DNA of 64,000 nucleotides from an uncultured Methanosarcinaceae archaeon (GTDB lineage Archaea > Halobacteriota > Methanosarcinia > Methanosarcinales > Methanosarcinaceae), in assembly GCA_963733675.1 (NCBI GenBank), contig CAVTET010000004.1, positions 448,001 through 512,000 on the forward strand, in the 5' to 3' direction. The translations under genes were made by a program, and so were the position numbers. Position 1 is the first letter of the stretch; every line of letters begins with the position of its first letter. Shown one piece after another: positions 1-13,431 of the stretch. Under the pieces are notes generated by a model. It was not told the origin of the DNA and did no database searches. It saw only the letters and a list, made by a program, of their open reading frames with translations.

Positions 1-767
1 GAAGCATTATGAAGGAGAAATTATCCTATTGAATGTAAGATGGTACTTAAAATATCCATTGAGCTATAGAAATTTAAAGGAAATGATGATAGAAAGAGGA
101 ATTCAAGTTGATCACAGTACTATAATGAGATGGGTACATCAATATTCCCCTTAAATAGAAAAGAAGATAAGAAGACACTTGAGACTAACAAACTATTCGT
201 GGAAAGTTGATGAAACCTATATCAAAATAAAAGGTAAATGGAAATATCTTTACCGAGCAGTTGACTCAAATGGAGATACAATTGATTTCATGTTAAGTGC
301 AAAACGAAATCGAAATGCAGCGAAGAGATTTTTTAAGAAAGCTTTGAGTTCTAATCATAATCAAATTCCAAGAGTAATAACAGTTGATAAGAATCCAGCT
401 TATCCACCTGCTATAGGTAAACTGAAAAATGATAAAATACTACCTAAAAACGTAGGCATTAGACAAATCAAGTATTTGAATAACATTATAGAACAAGATC
501 ATAGATTTATAAAGCGAATCGTTAATCCAATGTTAGGATTTCAGTCTTTCCAATCTGCTAATAAGACTTTAAAAGGAATTGAAGCTATGAATATGATCAA
601 AAAAGGACAAGTAAATGATCTAAATTAATCTGTTCTTAATGAAGTCAAATACATTAATCAATTGTTTGGTATAGTTTTATAATGTTAGTGCATTTTCTTT
701 GAATATTCTGATTTTTATTCATTACCTATAGATTTACATATTTTTTTGAATTTTTTGCAACGGAACC
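1..767 (+). mobile_element. IS6-family element, 5' end cut by window edge, transposase inactivated
   Basis: WKVDETYIK, YLYRAVD and NNIIEQDHR DDE motifs; right IR TTTTGCAACGGAACC ends at 767; premature TAA at 152-154 and at 626-628. Confidence 0.93.
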
Positions 768-1061
768 CTATTTACCACTCTTTTAAGGCCGCACACTATG
801 TGGTATTGTGGTACAATATACAATTATCTTCGTAGTTATTTCAAATTAATTTTATAAAAAACAATTTCTAAACAAAAGATAGTCCCGCATAAGATTTTTT
901 GCAGTCAAAAAACAAATAAATATGGTAATTATTTTTATTATTTGTGAAATTTTCAGGTTATAAAATTATGCTTTTTCTAAAGAATAAAACTTTACCTTGA
1001 GCCTATCAGTGGCTTATCGCTTGTTTATATTAACGAGTATAAGATAGGATACCTATATTTG

Positions 1062-1139
1062 AAGAAGTGTGCATCCTCATTATAATCGTGAAAATGAGAT
1101 ATTATAGGCTTTATAATTGTTCGTTCATGTACACTTCTT
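1062..1139. repeat. Short palindromic, MITE-like element
   Basis: AAGAAGTGTGCAT ... ATGTACACTTCTT 13-bp inverted repeat with one mismatch. Confidence 0.4.
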
Positions 1140-1369
1140 ATTGCAAGTATGTCTTCCTTTACTTATATTCCTAATAGTTCCCAATTATTCCCGCTATTTT
1201 CCCGTTATATTCCAATTAAAAATAATAGGAAAACAATAATAAGAGAATTAAAATCAAGCACATAAGACAGTGTGATCAAATTCACTATTTTGATAGTTTG
1301 AGGTTTTTAAGCTTATTGATTTCTCAGTCAAATCGATTAAGTCCTTTCGGATCCCTATATTTCTGATTT

Positions 1370-2733
1370 TTATTCCAAGTTAAAATTACCTTTTTTTGAA
1401 TCACTGGAAAGCCTTCTGAACCCATAATTAGTGTTGTACCCATGATATAGAGCCGATCCATCAATATCTTTGTTCTGTACAATCCCCCAGTTATCAGTTA
1501 ATAGCGTAAGGTGGTCAGCTTTTACTTCAAACAACTTATTCGGAAGGAAATTAACTATGTTTAGTATTTTTGGATAGGTAGTGTAGTTATTTAAAGTTTC
1601 ATGGAAGACAGTAGTGTATTCTTTACCAACATTTTTCCATGTCATTTTTCTGCCAAAATTGTATGCATTTTGACGCATAATATTAAATTTTTCTGGATTT
1701 TCAATTAAATATGAGAGAGCTTTTTTAAAGCCTTCAGTGTCTCCAAAATCTACAAGCAACCCGCGATTATCGGAAAGCATTTCCTCAGCATACCAATAAG
1801 GAGTGGAGACGATTGCTTTTCCCATGCCTATGGCATAGGTCAGAGTCCCGCTTACTATTTGTTCTCTGGAAAGATAGGGAGATGCATAAATATCACTTGC
1901 AAGAATATAATTGCAGAGTTCTTCTTTTTCAACAAACTTATCATGGAATACTACATTATTCTCAATCTCAAGTTCGGAAATAATACTCTTAAGATATTGC
2001 CTGTATGCTTCCCCATCTTTCTTTTTGATCATAGGATGCGTGGCGCCCAGAATAAGGTAAACAAGGCCAGGATATTGAGTTATAACATCAGGAAGGGCTT
2101 TGAGCAAACTTTCGATACCTTTGTTTTGGCTCAGCAAGCCGAAAGTGAGGATAAGTGGAGACCCTTTGAGATTCAGTATCTTTTTATACTTATCACAATT
2201 GCTAAACGGATAGTCCGGCATCCCATGGAAGATAACCTGGATTTTGTCTTTAGAAACTCCATAACTATCTTTTAGTATGTTGACTGCAGTCTGGCTCATT
2301 ACAACGAGTTTATCAGAATACCTTGCGAGCTTTTCAGTGGATACTCGATACTCATCAAATTCAGGCTCCCGGATCACAGTATGCATCGTTGTTATTACAG
2401 GCTTGCTTATTCCTGATAAGAGAGCGAAAATGTAATCTCCTGCGTCCCCCCAAAAAGACCGAATTCGTGTTGAAGACAGATAATGTCTGCATCGGAATGA
2501 TTTATAAAATCTGCAGCTCGGTAGTAATCTTCGAGCTTGTTCTTTTCAATTTGAAAAACAACTTCTTCTGAATAATTATAATTTTCAGGAGGATCTATCA
2601 AAGCAATGACTTCACAATGAATGTCATCCTTTCCTACAGAAACCGAATTTAAAAGATCAGAAGTAAATGTAGCAATCCCACATTCTTTTGGAACATAGGT
2701 TCCTATAAATAATACTCGCAATTTCCGATTCAT
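1370..2733 (-). pseudogene. GT4 glycosyltransferase, frameshifted and C-terminally truncated
   Basis: N-terminal GTYVPKECGIATFT/QHEFGLFGG (2407-2733) and C-terminal FGLLSQNKG/SGTLTYA/STPYWYA (1370-2386) lie in different frames; break near the C/A run at about 2445. Confidence 0.85.
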
Positions 2734-3117
2734 TTGATCTCTCCAACTTATAGAATTAAATTTTAGCCCTCCATTATAGCCTTAGATTTTTATAATAAAT
2801 TTAGGACATTTAATGCTATTGATTTTTCAGTTCAAATGCATGAGTCCTAAGATAAAATGATTCGTTTTTATCTTCGTTGCCTATGAGAGACACAATGCTA
2901 AAATCTAGTGATGAACAGAGAATTACAAAATCACTCGATTTTGAAAATTGCCACAATCCTTCAAAGAGAATCTATTGAATGGTGCAAGAAAGCTTGAATC
3001 TTGAGTTTTATTGAAGATTTGATTCTCCGTGAAAACTCGATATTTGAATGCAAATTAAAAAATGATAAGAAAGTTTAGGGGGATTTGTCCCTTATCCTAA
3101 TTCCATAAATATATTAT

Positions 3118-3212
3118 ATAGAAAAATGAGATAAACCCCACTTTTTTGTTGGTCATTTATATACTTATATTTACAATTTGCTGAAATCGGAGGTTTATCG
3201 AAATTCTTTATA
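3118..3212. mobile_element. MITE family A copy (degenerate)
   Basis: GAGATAAACCCC ... GGAGGTTTATCGAAATTCTTTATA, matches 24393-24488. Confidence 0.55.
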
Positions 3213-4064
3213 AGCAATGGAATTTACTAAAAAATATTTCCCAGGCAATTCTTTCTTATCATCTGCTCTCTCAATGTAATTATATATAATTAGATATAAT
3301 TAGATATAAACTATAAATATAATATCAATCTAGACTATTTCTAATTTTTGCAAAGAAAAAATGTATGTGAACAAAAATTATTCGTATATAAAAATTTATA
3401 AAGGCAAACAATATTTGAATATTAATCATGTGATGTTTCTCATTTTTAATAATTTTCATTACTTTATAATTTAGTATAAGTTCATCCCTAAAAAAGAGTT
3501 GCAAGCAACTTATAGGGCTCTTTAAAGAATAACCTAGGTGACACATAATGATAATCCATAATTACATGTTTGATGTTTCCATAATCAAATTTCCATTACT
3601 GAGAAAGCTTGCGTTTTTCATGCATTAAAGAATCTCAGCTATAAACTCACCGCTTGGGGGAAAAGGGCATGTAAACAGTATGGATATTCTAAAAATAATA
3701 TAGACCAACTGAATAGAGATACCTTGACTCACGACATACTCTAAAAAAAATTAAATTTTTTAAATTTGATATAGATCTAGTAAAAATTTTAAATGGTTCC
3801 TTCTGAGCATAAATAAAATACAAAAAGCAATGAATATTTAAGATCAAAATAAACCGACATAATCAGAGTATTAATAAGGGAACTAAATTCATAACTCATT
3901 CGAATAAAAAATACGCGATGGAATTTAGGTAGTCAGGAATATTGAAGGTAGAAATAATTCATACTTTTGTCAGCAAGCACGCTAAGAGGAAATAAAGGTT
4001 ATCAATTGAGCTAAAAGGGATTTAGGAAAGATTGAAGAATTTATAGTACAAAGCTCGAAATTAC

Positions 4065-4535
4065 TGGGTCTTCAGCCCATTGGACTGAAGCATCAACTTC
4101 AATACTGGTTCAGTATGTAACTACCCTCAATTCAAACTTCATCATCACATATCTGTTTCTTAATCTCATAGTATTCTTTAAAGATTTTCCTTGCTATAAC
4201 ACTTTTGACAATTTGCAACACCCTTGACGGAAATTATATTGATTCAACACCCACGAAAATATGCACATGATGGGCATCAAACTCAAAAAAGTATTTTTTG
4301 CCGATTTCAGAATATATAGATTTCAAATCGTTGGTGATTTCATTGTCTAAAAGAAATTTCTTACGATACTTTACACCAAAATTACGTGAGATCATATTTT
4401 TATAGACACAATAAGTTGCATGACGTAGTTTCATTTTTTTGTTGCAAAGGTAGCCTAACAGATAAATAAGTTATTTAATTAACTGTTATCAGGGAATTTT
4501 CGATCCCCCTCAGCAATTTTGGGGGTATTCGACTG
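4065..4535 (-). mobile_element. tnpA: IS200/IS605-family tnpA remnant
   Basis: MKLRHATYCVYK...KYRKK...FEFDA-HVHIFVG (HUH motif), degraded continuation PSRVLQIVKSVIA; imperfect hairpins at about 4066-4091 and 4504-4530. Confidence 0.8.
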
Positions 4536-4702
4536 GGATTAAGAACTTCATAGTGTCACAGTTTCAAGAATTCAACTTTCTACCAGATGTATTAAGCATA
4601 ATTTTTTTATTTCTTTTTTTAGATTGATAAGTTTATAATATACACAAGCGAATTAAAAATATAAATACAGAACTAACTGGCAAAAACAGGAGGATTAATG
4701 AC

Positions 4703-6487
4703 TTGGCAAAGCATTTTTTCATGGTCACCGGAGAAGAAGCGGGCCCTAAATCGAACAAAATGGGCGGAATCTGGAACGTCATTGATGGAGAAGCACTTAC
4801 ATTTGCGACTCTATTCAATTCTGGGACATTGGAATTAAAAGATAGAATGAAATACTTGTTGTTGGGCCTTATTATGGACATAGAGGTGCAGACTGGAATA
4901 GAGAACTAAACAGGATTACAAATATTGAGGAATTTAGTCACCTTAATAATGATGGAGAGCTTCAAAAAAGCTTAGAATTACTTGAAAAGTCAGGTATCAA
5001 AGTTTTTACAGGAGAAAAACGGATAGGAAAAACGAGAATATGTTATCTGCAGTTTCAAACTTGTGATTTCGGAAAAATACTCACAACATACAATGGAAGG
5101 GAGATGACACTCGAAAACAGGATCAAAGCTGAAGCCTATGAACTCTTTGGGTTAGATTCCTTGAAATATGAGAGCATGTCAAATGGATTGGAATACACTC
5201 ATTATCTTTCTCTTTCCTATGCAATTTCCGAACTTGCCCGTCTTCTCGTAAACTTGTCCATGGGAACTTATGAAAAATGGAAAAAGGATCCATCCTCAAA
5301 TCTGAATTTTAGTTCCTACCCTCGTGTTTCCCTTCACTGCCATGAATTTGGAGTATTTTATGCTGCAGCCAGGCTTAAGAAACTTGAAGTTCCGGTAAGT
5401 ACTGTTGCAACTCTGCACGCTACACTCCCCGGAAGAGCTGCAGGATATAATTCTCTTCAAAAAATAAGGACTTATGACAGTACATGGGCTCCTAGAGTGC
5501 CGGAAAACCTGGCTGCCCTCGAAGCCCTTGCCTCATATGCAGATGCTATTACCACAGCAAGTGAGTCTACCAAGCAGGAAGCAAAGCTTTATTATGGGTT
5601 TAAGGGAATTGTGATCCGAAACGGGATTAATATACGATCCGATAAAATAGATTGGAATCTGAAAGAACGTGGTCTTGAACAGATTCAAAAATTTCTTTCC
5701 GAAAATCTGTACAAATATCATGGAGGGGAAAGGATAAAACCCGAGAAGATCATTCCTATTTTTACGATCTCCCGCATAGAAGTGGAAAACAAAGGATATC
5801 CTGAACTCCTCGATTCTCTTGTTGCTCTGGATCATATAATACAGAATAGCATTCTAGAAGGGCATATGGAAGAAGGAATTAAGGTGATATGTTTTCTTGT
5901 TACCGCAGAAGGCCCCAAGAAAAACCTACCGGAAGGTTTTCCTGTCAACCTACCAAAAGAAGTGCTTGTAGGAAACGAAATAAGGATTCAGCAGATGATC
6001 GGAGAAAAAAGGCTAGATTTTTCGAAAATGGTACGTGGAAAGGGTTCAGTTGCAGCGGTTCTATATCCCCAGATTCTCTCAATATCCGATGGGGGACGCG
6101 GTATGGAAGTTGGGGATTTCATGGCCGGCTGCTGTGCAGGCATCTTTCCCTCGCGTTATGATCCTTTCCTACTTACCAGACTTGAAGCCAGAAAATAGGG
6201 GACTCCAAAGCGTGATCAGCCGGATATGTGGCTTCAGTGATGCTATAAATGCCATCGAACCTCTAGTGGAAGGATTGGGGGGTATAATAATCGTAGACAA
6301 CATCGATCTTTCCTATTATGAAACAGTCCTTGATTATGCCCTCGCACTTAGTTACTTTACGCAAAATTTCATAGATGATAGGATAAAGTATAAACTTCTG
6401 TGTATGGAAGCTTTTCTCCTAGCAAAAAATATGAACTGGGCAGAACCTACTCAACAGTATTATGAGCTGATGAGTGGACACACATGA
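4703..6487 (+). pseudogene. Glycogen synthase-like glycosyltransferase, disrupted
   Basis: NKMGGIWNV, HCHEF, TLHAT, SRIEVENKG and GIFPSRYDPF motifs split over three ORFs; frameshift near 4845, TAG at 6196-6198 plus an adjacent frameshift. Confidence 0.8.
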
Positions 6488-6529
6488 ACTTATGAGCGGA
6501 ATACTCTAAGAAAAAAATTAGAGAAAAAA

Positions 6530-6780
6530 GTTACCAGTAGCACCTATTGCATCAAGCTCAAAACAATAAATTTCATCAATTTCAAAGATACATATTTCAA
6601 ATAGTTAATAATGTCATTGTTTAATAATACTTTTTTACGATAATATATATATATATATATATATATAAAGCAAATAATATAAATTTGTCATATAGAAACA
6701 AGTTTCGAATTACATAATTCAATTTTATAGTACAAAGATAACTTAAAATATTAATCCGTTAGTAAATAACGTTTCTCAGG
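6530..6780 (-). mobile_element. IS200 tnpA remnant containing an (AT)n tract
   Basis: Degenerate YLKYVS..EIYCFELDAIG on minus strand; upstream TTTTATAGTACAAA..CTTAAAATA shared with 43860-43918; about (AT)12 at 6643-6667. Confidence 0.6.
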
Positions 6781-6799
6781 GAAGTTTATGTTCTTAACC

Positions 6800-7411
6800 A
6801 ACTTACAGGTAGATAGATATCTATCTTTCCGAGTCAAGAACTAAGAAAAAACCACCTAAACTCCCACAAACTATCATCAAAGCTATCCACTTGCCCTCCA
6901 ATTTATTTTTCGCCCCTTTGAAAGGAACTTAGAACTATCAGATAAAATAAAATATGCCTACGCTATGCAATTATTGATGAAACAAATGCATCTAATAGAT
7001 TTGTGCCGATTATGCTTTTAAAAAGATAGATCCATATTGGCTTGGAATTGAAACTGCTAAAGCTTTCAGAACTGCGTCCTTAAGAAAACTGAATGTCTAC
7101 CCCCAAGTCTGCGTTTACTTGATAAATACCAAAATGTACCTAAGTGCATTGTTTCGAACGCCCAGAGAGTTTTTACTGAACAGGAACTTCACTTTTTTAG
7201 CTTATACGATCGCTTCAATTTCACAATTATGTCTCCTGATTATTATATCAAGAAACCCGACCTCAGACTCTTCAAGATGGCTCTTGATAGACTTGGACTT
7301 GAGGCTTGGGAAGTGCTCTCTATTGGTGATACGCCGGAAAATGATATTTATCCACCTCAAAGTCTTGGGATGAATGCAATGCTTATCAGTGATGCCGGGA
7401 AGTATGGATAA
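6800..7411 (+). pseudogene. HAD-family hydrolase remnant
   Basis: Degenerate VSNAQRVFTEQEL, KKPDLRLF and IGDTPENDI HAD motifs in broken frames; 5' boundary approximate. Confidence 0.75.
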
Positions 7412-7727
7412 TCCCCACAAAAACAGGATCCATAACCAATTAGTGAGCTTACAAAATTGATATCTCAATGTATATGCTTTAAAAATAATTATTAATATTT
7501 AATTGCTCTTTGAATGTGAAATATTTAATGTTGCATTATTTTTCGTTTAGAAACTTTTTTACATATCATTAATTTAAAGTAACAAAGCTGATAAAAATAA
7601 CTATTTCTAGGTAAATACATCATCAGTACCTAAAAAGAAAATAAGATTTACAACATAATAAGGTTCTAAAATAAATAGGAAGTGCTTATTTAATGGGAAA
7701 GCAAGAAGTCAACCAAACAAAAAAAGG

Positions 7728-8582
7728 GGTTCCGTTGCAAAAAATCCTTTCTAATGATACAATAGAATAAAAAGAAAACCAAAGATAGTAACATGCTATC
7801 TAATTCCTTTAAATGGAAGCATTATGAAGGGGAAATTATCTTATTGAATGTAAGATGGTACTTAAAATATGCATTAAGTTATAGAAATTTAAAGGAAATG
7901 ATGGCAGAAAGGGGAGTAAAAGTCGACCATACAACAATCATGAGATGGGTACATCAATATTCCCCTGAAATAAAAAAGAAGATAAGAAGACATTTAAGAC
8001 CAACAAATAATTCGTGGAGAGTTGATGAAACTTATATAAAAGTAAAAGGTAAATGGAAATATTTTTATCGAGCAGTTGACTCAAATGGAGATACAATTGA
8101 TTTCATGTTAAGTTCAAAACGAGATAGAAAGGCAGCGAAGAGATTCTTTAAGAAAGCTTTGAGTTCTAATCATAATCAAATTCCAAGATTAATAACCGTT
8201 GATAAGAATCCAGCTTATCCACCTGCTATAGATAAACTAAAAATTGATAAAATACTAACTAAAAACATAGGCATTCGACAAATCAAGTATTTGAATAACA
8301 TTATAGAACAAGATCACAGATCTATAAAGAGAATCGTTAATCCAATGTTAGGATTTCAGTCTTTTCGATCTGCTAATAAGACTTTAAAAGGAATTGAAGC
8401 TATAAATATGATCAAAAAAGGACAAGTAATCGATTTAAATTACTCTGTTCTTAATGAAGTCAAATACATTAATCAATTATTTGGTATAGTTTTATAATGT
8501 TAGTACATTTTCCTTGAATGTTTTGATTTTTATTAATCACTTATAGATTTACATATTTTGTTGAAGTTTTTGCAACGGAACC
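7728..8582 (+). mobile_element. IS6-family insertion sequence, complete (855 bp)
   Basis: Terminal IRs GGTTCCGTTGCAAAAA / TTTTTGCAACGGAACC; no target-site duplication visible. Confidence 0.97.
7793..8497 (+). CDS. IS6-family DDE transposase (intact ORF, 234 aa)
   Basis: LSYRNLKEMMAERG, WRVDETY, TVDKNPAY, NNIIEQDHR. Confidence 0.96.
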   Translation: MLSNSFKWKHYEGEIILLNVRWYLKYALSYRNLKEMMAERGVKVDHTTIMRWVHQYSPEIKKKIRRHLRPTNNSWRVDETYIKVKGKWKYFYRAVDSNGDTIDFMLSSKRDRKAAKRFFKKALSSNHNQIPRLITVDKNPAYPPAIDKLKIDKILTKNIGIRQIKYLNNIIEQDHRSIKRIVNPMLGFQSFRSANKTLKGIEAINMIKKGQVIDLNYSVLNEVKYINQLFGIVL

Positions 8583-8687
8583 ACTCGATATACGTTGAGG
8601 AACATAAAAGAAGCTGGCTTTATCATTAAGGAAGCAAATGAATTGTTTTTTAAGGAAACTTTCTGGAATATCCGAGCGAAACCGTAA
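8583..8687 (+). pseudogene. 3' fragment of a probable SAM-dependent methyltransferase, cut by IS6
   Basis: TRYTLRNIKEAGFIIKE...RAKP* starts at the first base after the IS6 IR. Confidence 0.45.
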
Positions 8688-9227
8688 AAGTCTAATTCAT
8701 GTGATACTTGAATTTAAAGATTTTTTTTAATTATAGGACTTGTGCAATGTAAGTATAATATTAAGTAAAATAGACGTTGAAGTTCAACCTCAAATTTTAG
8801 ACTAATATAGGTTTAATAAGATCGGGTTTTTAGTTCAACTGTGTAAATCTTAATATTAATACATTTATAGGTTGTACATTAATAATCAGTTAATTTTTAT
8901 CCAGATAAGTTACATATTTAATTTTTTCTGTTCTGCATGGTTTAGTTTTTGGTTCCCTGTATGCAGGTTCTCGAAAAAGAGTGAATTTGAACAAAGTGTA
9001 TTGCTAGGATGAAAATATCAACCATCTAATGAGGCACGAAACACCCATATCTATTAAGGAATCAGTTAACTTTAAGTTGACTACCACATTAATTTTAGAT
9101 ATCTGATCACATTTACTTCCAAGTGATGTAAAAAGTAAATGTGGCAAAGTAGCAATAGAACCAATTATTCTAACAATTTTAAAGAGCCAAGTAAAGAAAT
9201 CTGGTGACATAAAAATTCAATTATTGT

Positions 9228-9316
9228 TGAGGACTTCGATAACTCTCATATTTAGTAGTATGTTTATAAATGATGTATATTACTCGTGAAATTAGAAGTT
9301 TATCTGAATCCTCTAT
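9228..9316. mobile_element. MITE family A copy
   Basis: GAGGACTTCGATAA ... CTCGTGAAA ... TTTATCTGAATCCTCTA. Confidence 0.65.
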
Positions 9317-11476
9317 TATTTTGTTAAATTCTTTTGCTTTTTTATCATTTACTGGGAATTTAAAATTTTAGCTATAACTTTTTTTTAGCTAAATCATTTT
9401 TTCTATATTATTTATTTTTGCTTCCAACATTATATTTTTCATATATATTTTCATTACACAACTTATTTGTTCTTCATTAAGGAGACCAAAATCTCAGAAT
9501 TTTTTCAGATTGAATCATTGGTTATGTTCCTGTGAATTGTTCATGCTGAAAGTTTATCTCCTCTTTTCTTGTATATTCACAAATCATAATTTTAGTTAGT
9601 TTCCTTGAATTATTAATCAAATCTAAAAAACGAGTATATCTCTGATTTTTGAGAAAATGTAGCTAGAATCTAGTGTATAAGATTTTCAATAATTCACAGA
9701 CACATGACAAACATATTTTTCAGTTTCTTTTTTGAGATACTTCTAAGTAAAATTTTTAAATAAGTTTGTATATGTAATTTTTAAAAATATTATCGCAATG
9801 ATGCTGTGTTATAACTTTATTTTATGTGAAATTTTAGATGAAATAGCCTGCTAAAAAACATTTTCAGGATCCATATGCTGGGATCCTTTAGAATATATCT
9901 GGCAAACTCAGGAATGTCTAAACCAGCTTTTTGAAGACTAAATGCCTATAAAATAATGGGGTGCAAATGTATTTACTCTATTGTTAACATCCAAAAAGAA
10001 GAAATTAAGTTTGTGGTCACTACTGAATTCCATGAATCAATAAAAAGAATGTTTAGATAAACATTAAAGAAGAATGCTTGACATAAGTGCAAAGATCTAG
10101 AAGGAAAACGAAAGAGAAGAGGAAGGATATATTTGTAAGGAAGGAAAATCTACTGGCTTTTTCCGAGCTTGCTACCTGCCAACCATCTTTAAAGAGGTGG
10201 AAGCGCTTCAAAAATTGAAAATTGCATACTAAGACAACACCTCCGAAAATGAAGTTTAAAGAGCCTGCAAACAAATATAGATCTAATAATATTCGACAGA
10301 TTATAGCTAATTTTCGATGTATTCTGAATTTTATTTACGAAAAGAAATGAGAAGATCATTGAATATTTCAATAAACTTTTGATTATTACAATTCATATAT
10401 ACCATCTATGAGAATATGAAGAAATGGGAAGGTTGATCTAAATCTCCTTAAATATTTAAAATATTTTTGCCCGATCGGATTCTTAAAATTTGTTATTTCC
10501 TCTCTCATAGATTTCTGAGATCTGTGATTTTACAGCAAAATCAACAAAATGGCGAATAGACTATAACACTTATAAATATCTTTAATTTTTTTGTCATTGT
10601 GCGCATAACGAAGCCTCAATATACAGGCGGAAAACTTTTTTAGTAAGTTATTGCATATTTAATATTATGGGTCATAAGGCTAACGACCAACTAGAAAATG
10701 TAAGTTCAAGTTTAATTTTTTTTATAACGATTATTGCAATAGCATTAAGCTTTTTAGGGATAATTATATCTATGAAATAAATGATGTTCACGAGGCAATA
10801 AATGCAAACATCTCTCCAATTATATCTTTAACCAATTATTTACAAAATTAACTATATCTCCCTATCGGGTTGATACCCTCCAAGGAAAGAGCTTCCTTTG
10901 ATTAATTCCTTCATCTGTTCTCAAATTCACGATCCATCGGAAATTCTGTATTATCGGGGATTTTATTTTAGATTGAGTCATTTGTGCACACTAAAGTCAT
11001 CTACTATGATAGTTTTAACGTTAGTGTTTTCAAACATAGTTTTGGAAAGTTTGTGTTTGAGATCTTTAACTTGATTTGCTTTTTTCTATTCATTTTTGTA
11101 ACTGCTTTAGCTAATTTCAGGTATCTATTACTTTTTGTAGGACATGTTTTAACTAGAAAACGAAATCAATTAGACATATAAAGGTAATTAGTATCATAAA
11201 AAGGAAAAATTACAACAATTATATAGTATCTTATAGCAAATTGTGAGATGTACTAAGATGAAATAGAATCTTAAAAGGGAGAAATTAAAGAGGAATAAGT
11301 TTGTTAAACCAGAGATATTCTTGGTTGATAAAAGTATAAAAATAATTAGTGAAATAATCGTAATTGTGGGAAAAGAAGACAGTGTGAGTACTTGAAATGC
11401 CCTCTCATGTACTTTCATTCCAAAAATAAATATTCACTATAATGATTCTAATTCCACGCTTTGTTAGAGGATTTCT

Positions 11477-12184
11477 ATGAAACTGCTTGTAAGTCCAATC
11501 AATAAAGAGGAAGCCATTATAGTTTCAAGAGGAGGTGCTGATATTGTGGATGTCAAAAACCCAATAGAAGGTTCCCTTGGAGCCAACTTTCCATGGATAA
11601 TTAGAGATGTAAAAGAAGCTGTAAATGGAAGACAGCCGATAAGCGCAACAATAGGAGATTTTAATTACAAACCCGGAACTGCTTCTCTTGCAGCTTTGGG
11701 AGCAGCGGTTGCGGGAGCAGACTACATTAAGGTTGGCCTTTACGATATTCAGACTCCAGAACAAGCACTCGAGTTTCTTATAAATATAATAAGAGCTGTG
11801 AAAGACTATGACTCAACCAAGAAAGTAGTTGCCTCAGGATATTCAGACTATAAACGCATTAATTCGATTTCCCCCTTATTGCTCTCCGAAGTTGCGGCAA
11901 AGGCTAGAGCAGATGTAGTCATGGTAGATACTGCAATCAAGGATGGGAAATCTACTTTCGAATTCATGGATGAGAAAGGACTTAAAAGGTTCACTGACAT
12001 TGCTCATGAATATGGACTTGAAAATGCAATTGCTGGTTCCCTGAAATTCGATGACCTCCCAGCGCTTGAAAGAATAGGACCTGACATTATTGGTGTTCGG
12101 GGTATGGTTTGTGGAGGGAACAGGGAAACTACAATTCAGCAAAAACTGGTAGAAAAGCTCGTAGCTGAGTGCCAAAACTTATAA
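11477..12184 (+). CDS. mfnB: (5-formylfuran-3-yl)methyl phosphate synthase, methanofuran biosynthesis
   Basis: MKLLVSP, GADIVDVKNP.EGSLGA, DTAIKDG, DIIGVRG motifs (DUF556). Confidence 0.93.
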   Translation: MKLLVSPINKEEAIIVSRGGADIVDVKNPIEGSLGANFPWIIRDVKEAVNGRQPISATIGDFNYKPGTASLAALGAAVAGADYIKVGLYDIQTPEQALEFLINIIRAVKDYDSTKKVVASGYSDYKRINSISPLLLSEVAAKARADVVMVDTAIKDGKSTFEFMDEKGLKRFTDIAHEYGLENAIAGSLKFDDLPALERIGPDIIGVRGMVCGGNRETTIQQKLVEKLVAECQNL

Positions 12185-12420
12185 ATTTTATAAATCCACT
12201 GTGAAACTTAAATTTTGTGCGTGCATGTTTTCTAGGCAACATAGCTAAATATTGTTATGGATGAGTAAATATTATCATATTCGTTATTATTATGTTGTTT
12301 TTTTTGGACATATATGGAATCACTTTTGGAACTTTTTATTGGTTTTAGCCTTGAGTTATTAACTTACTTTTACACATTTTTAATTTTATGCTTATCACTG
12401 GATTAATAAGTGAATATCCT

Positions 12421-12513
12421 TAGGAGGATTTCAAAAACGTATGATTTTCAAAAGTCATTTATATACTACTTATATGAATAGAAAATAATTTAGGAATTAT
12501 TAAAATCCTCTTA
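12421..12513. mobile_element. MITE family A copy
   Basis: GAGGATTTCAAAAA ... TTATTAAAATCCTCTTA. Confidence 0.55.
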
Positions 12514-13024
12514 AGATCTAGATGGCAATTCACTGATTAGTTTTGAAACGGTCTTGGAAACCAAAATTAGAAGAAACTTCCTGCTCAAGATAACGATAGA
12601 TTCAATGTTCAAAAAATTAAGGATAAGTATTATTTTTTTGTTTATTTGAGCATGTTATTGAAAAATTTCATACCTACATTTATTTCGATAAAATAGCAAA
12701 TATCAAGAAATTCTGGGAAAAAAAATCACATTTAGGAAGAACCCATTTTAATACAATATATTAAAATTTAACTTTGCATTTAAAGCAAATTTGGAATACT
12801 GTCAATTATATACATCAACGATACTAAATAATTTAGGTGATATGTACAGTGAAATGACTGTTTCTATACCAGAAGTGGAGTTATTTTTTTTTGCTTTTAT
12901 CAACGGCTCCACTAACTTTGATAATTGTGAATATTCTTCTGATTTGCAGAAAATGTTCTCAGAACTTAAGAGATTCGAAAAAATGTTATATTAACTCAAT
13001 AAATTATTCAAAAGTTGATTGAAT

Positions 13025-13165
13025 CCGAAATTCTGCAGATGCAGACAGGAGTATTATTTGGTTATCTGTTTACTCATTATTATTCATTGAAAATTATATT
13101 TATTTTTAAGCTATTCCCATATTGAGAAAATAGATGTCATTCTTGAGTACACTTGCAGAAAATGA
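13025..13165. mobile_element. MITE family B copy
   Basis: TTCTGCAGATG ... TACACTTGCAGAA; internal TATTCATTGAAA and TTGAGAAAATAGATG shared with the 34261 and 60770 copies. Confidence 0.6.
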
Positions 13166-13431
13166 TTGGAATTATGTTGAGTTACTTGTTTGTTATATTT
13201 TTAATTTTATATTCTGTTTACTTATTCTATTTCTTATTTGGTAACACAATAATAGTACTAATCTTTACAAGACTGATGGAGGCAGAGGTATTTGATTTTT
13301 GTCCTATGTTTTTCATTAAGTAGATATTCTAGCTGCATTATTAATTATATCAGTCAAATATTACACAACTATAGAAAATTATTAATACAGAAGAGACAAA
13401 GAATTACAATACAAATTTTAACGCTGAGAAT

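Noticed and set aside
6643-6667. (AT)n tract as a phase-variation switch
   Set aside because: It lies within a dead IS200 relic, not in an intact gene or evident promoter.
9860-10440. Coding-like remnant, also at 12830-13000, 37810-37960, 50400-50560 and 53590-53990
   Set aside because: Probably decayed genes, but too degraded to assign a family by eye.
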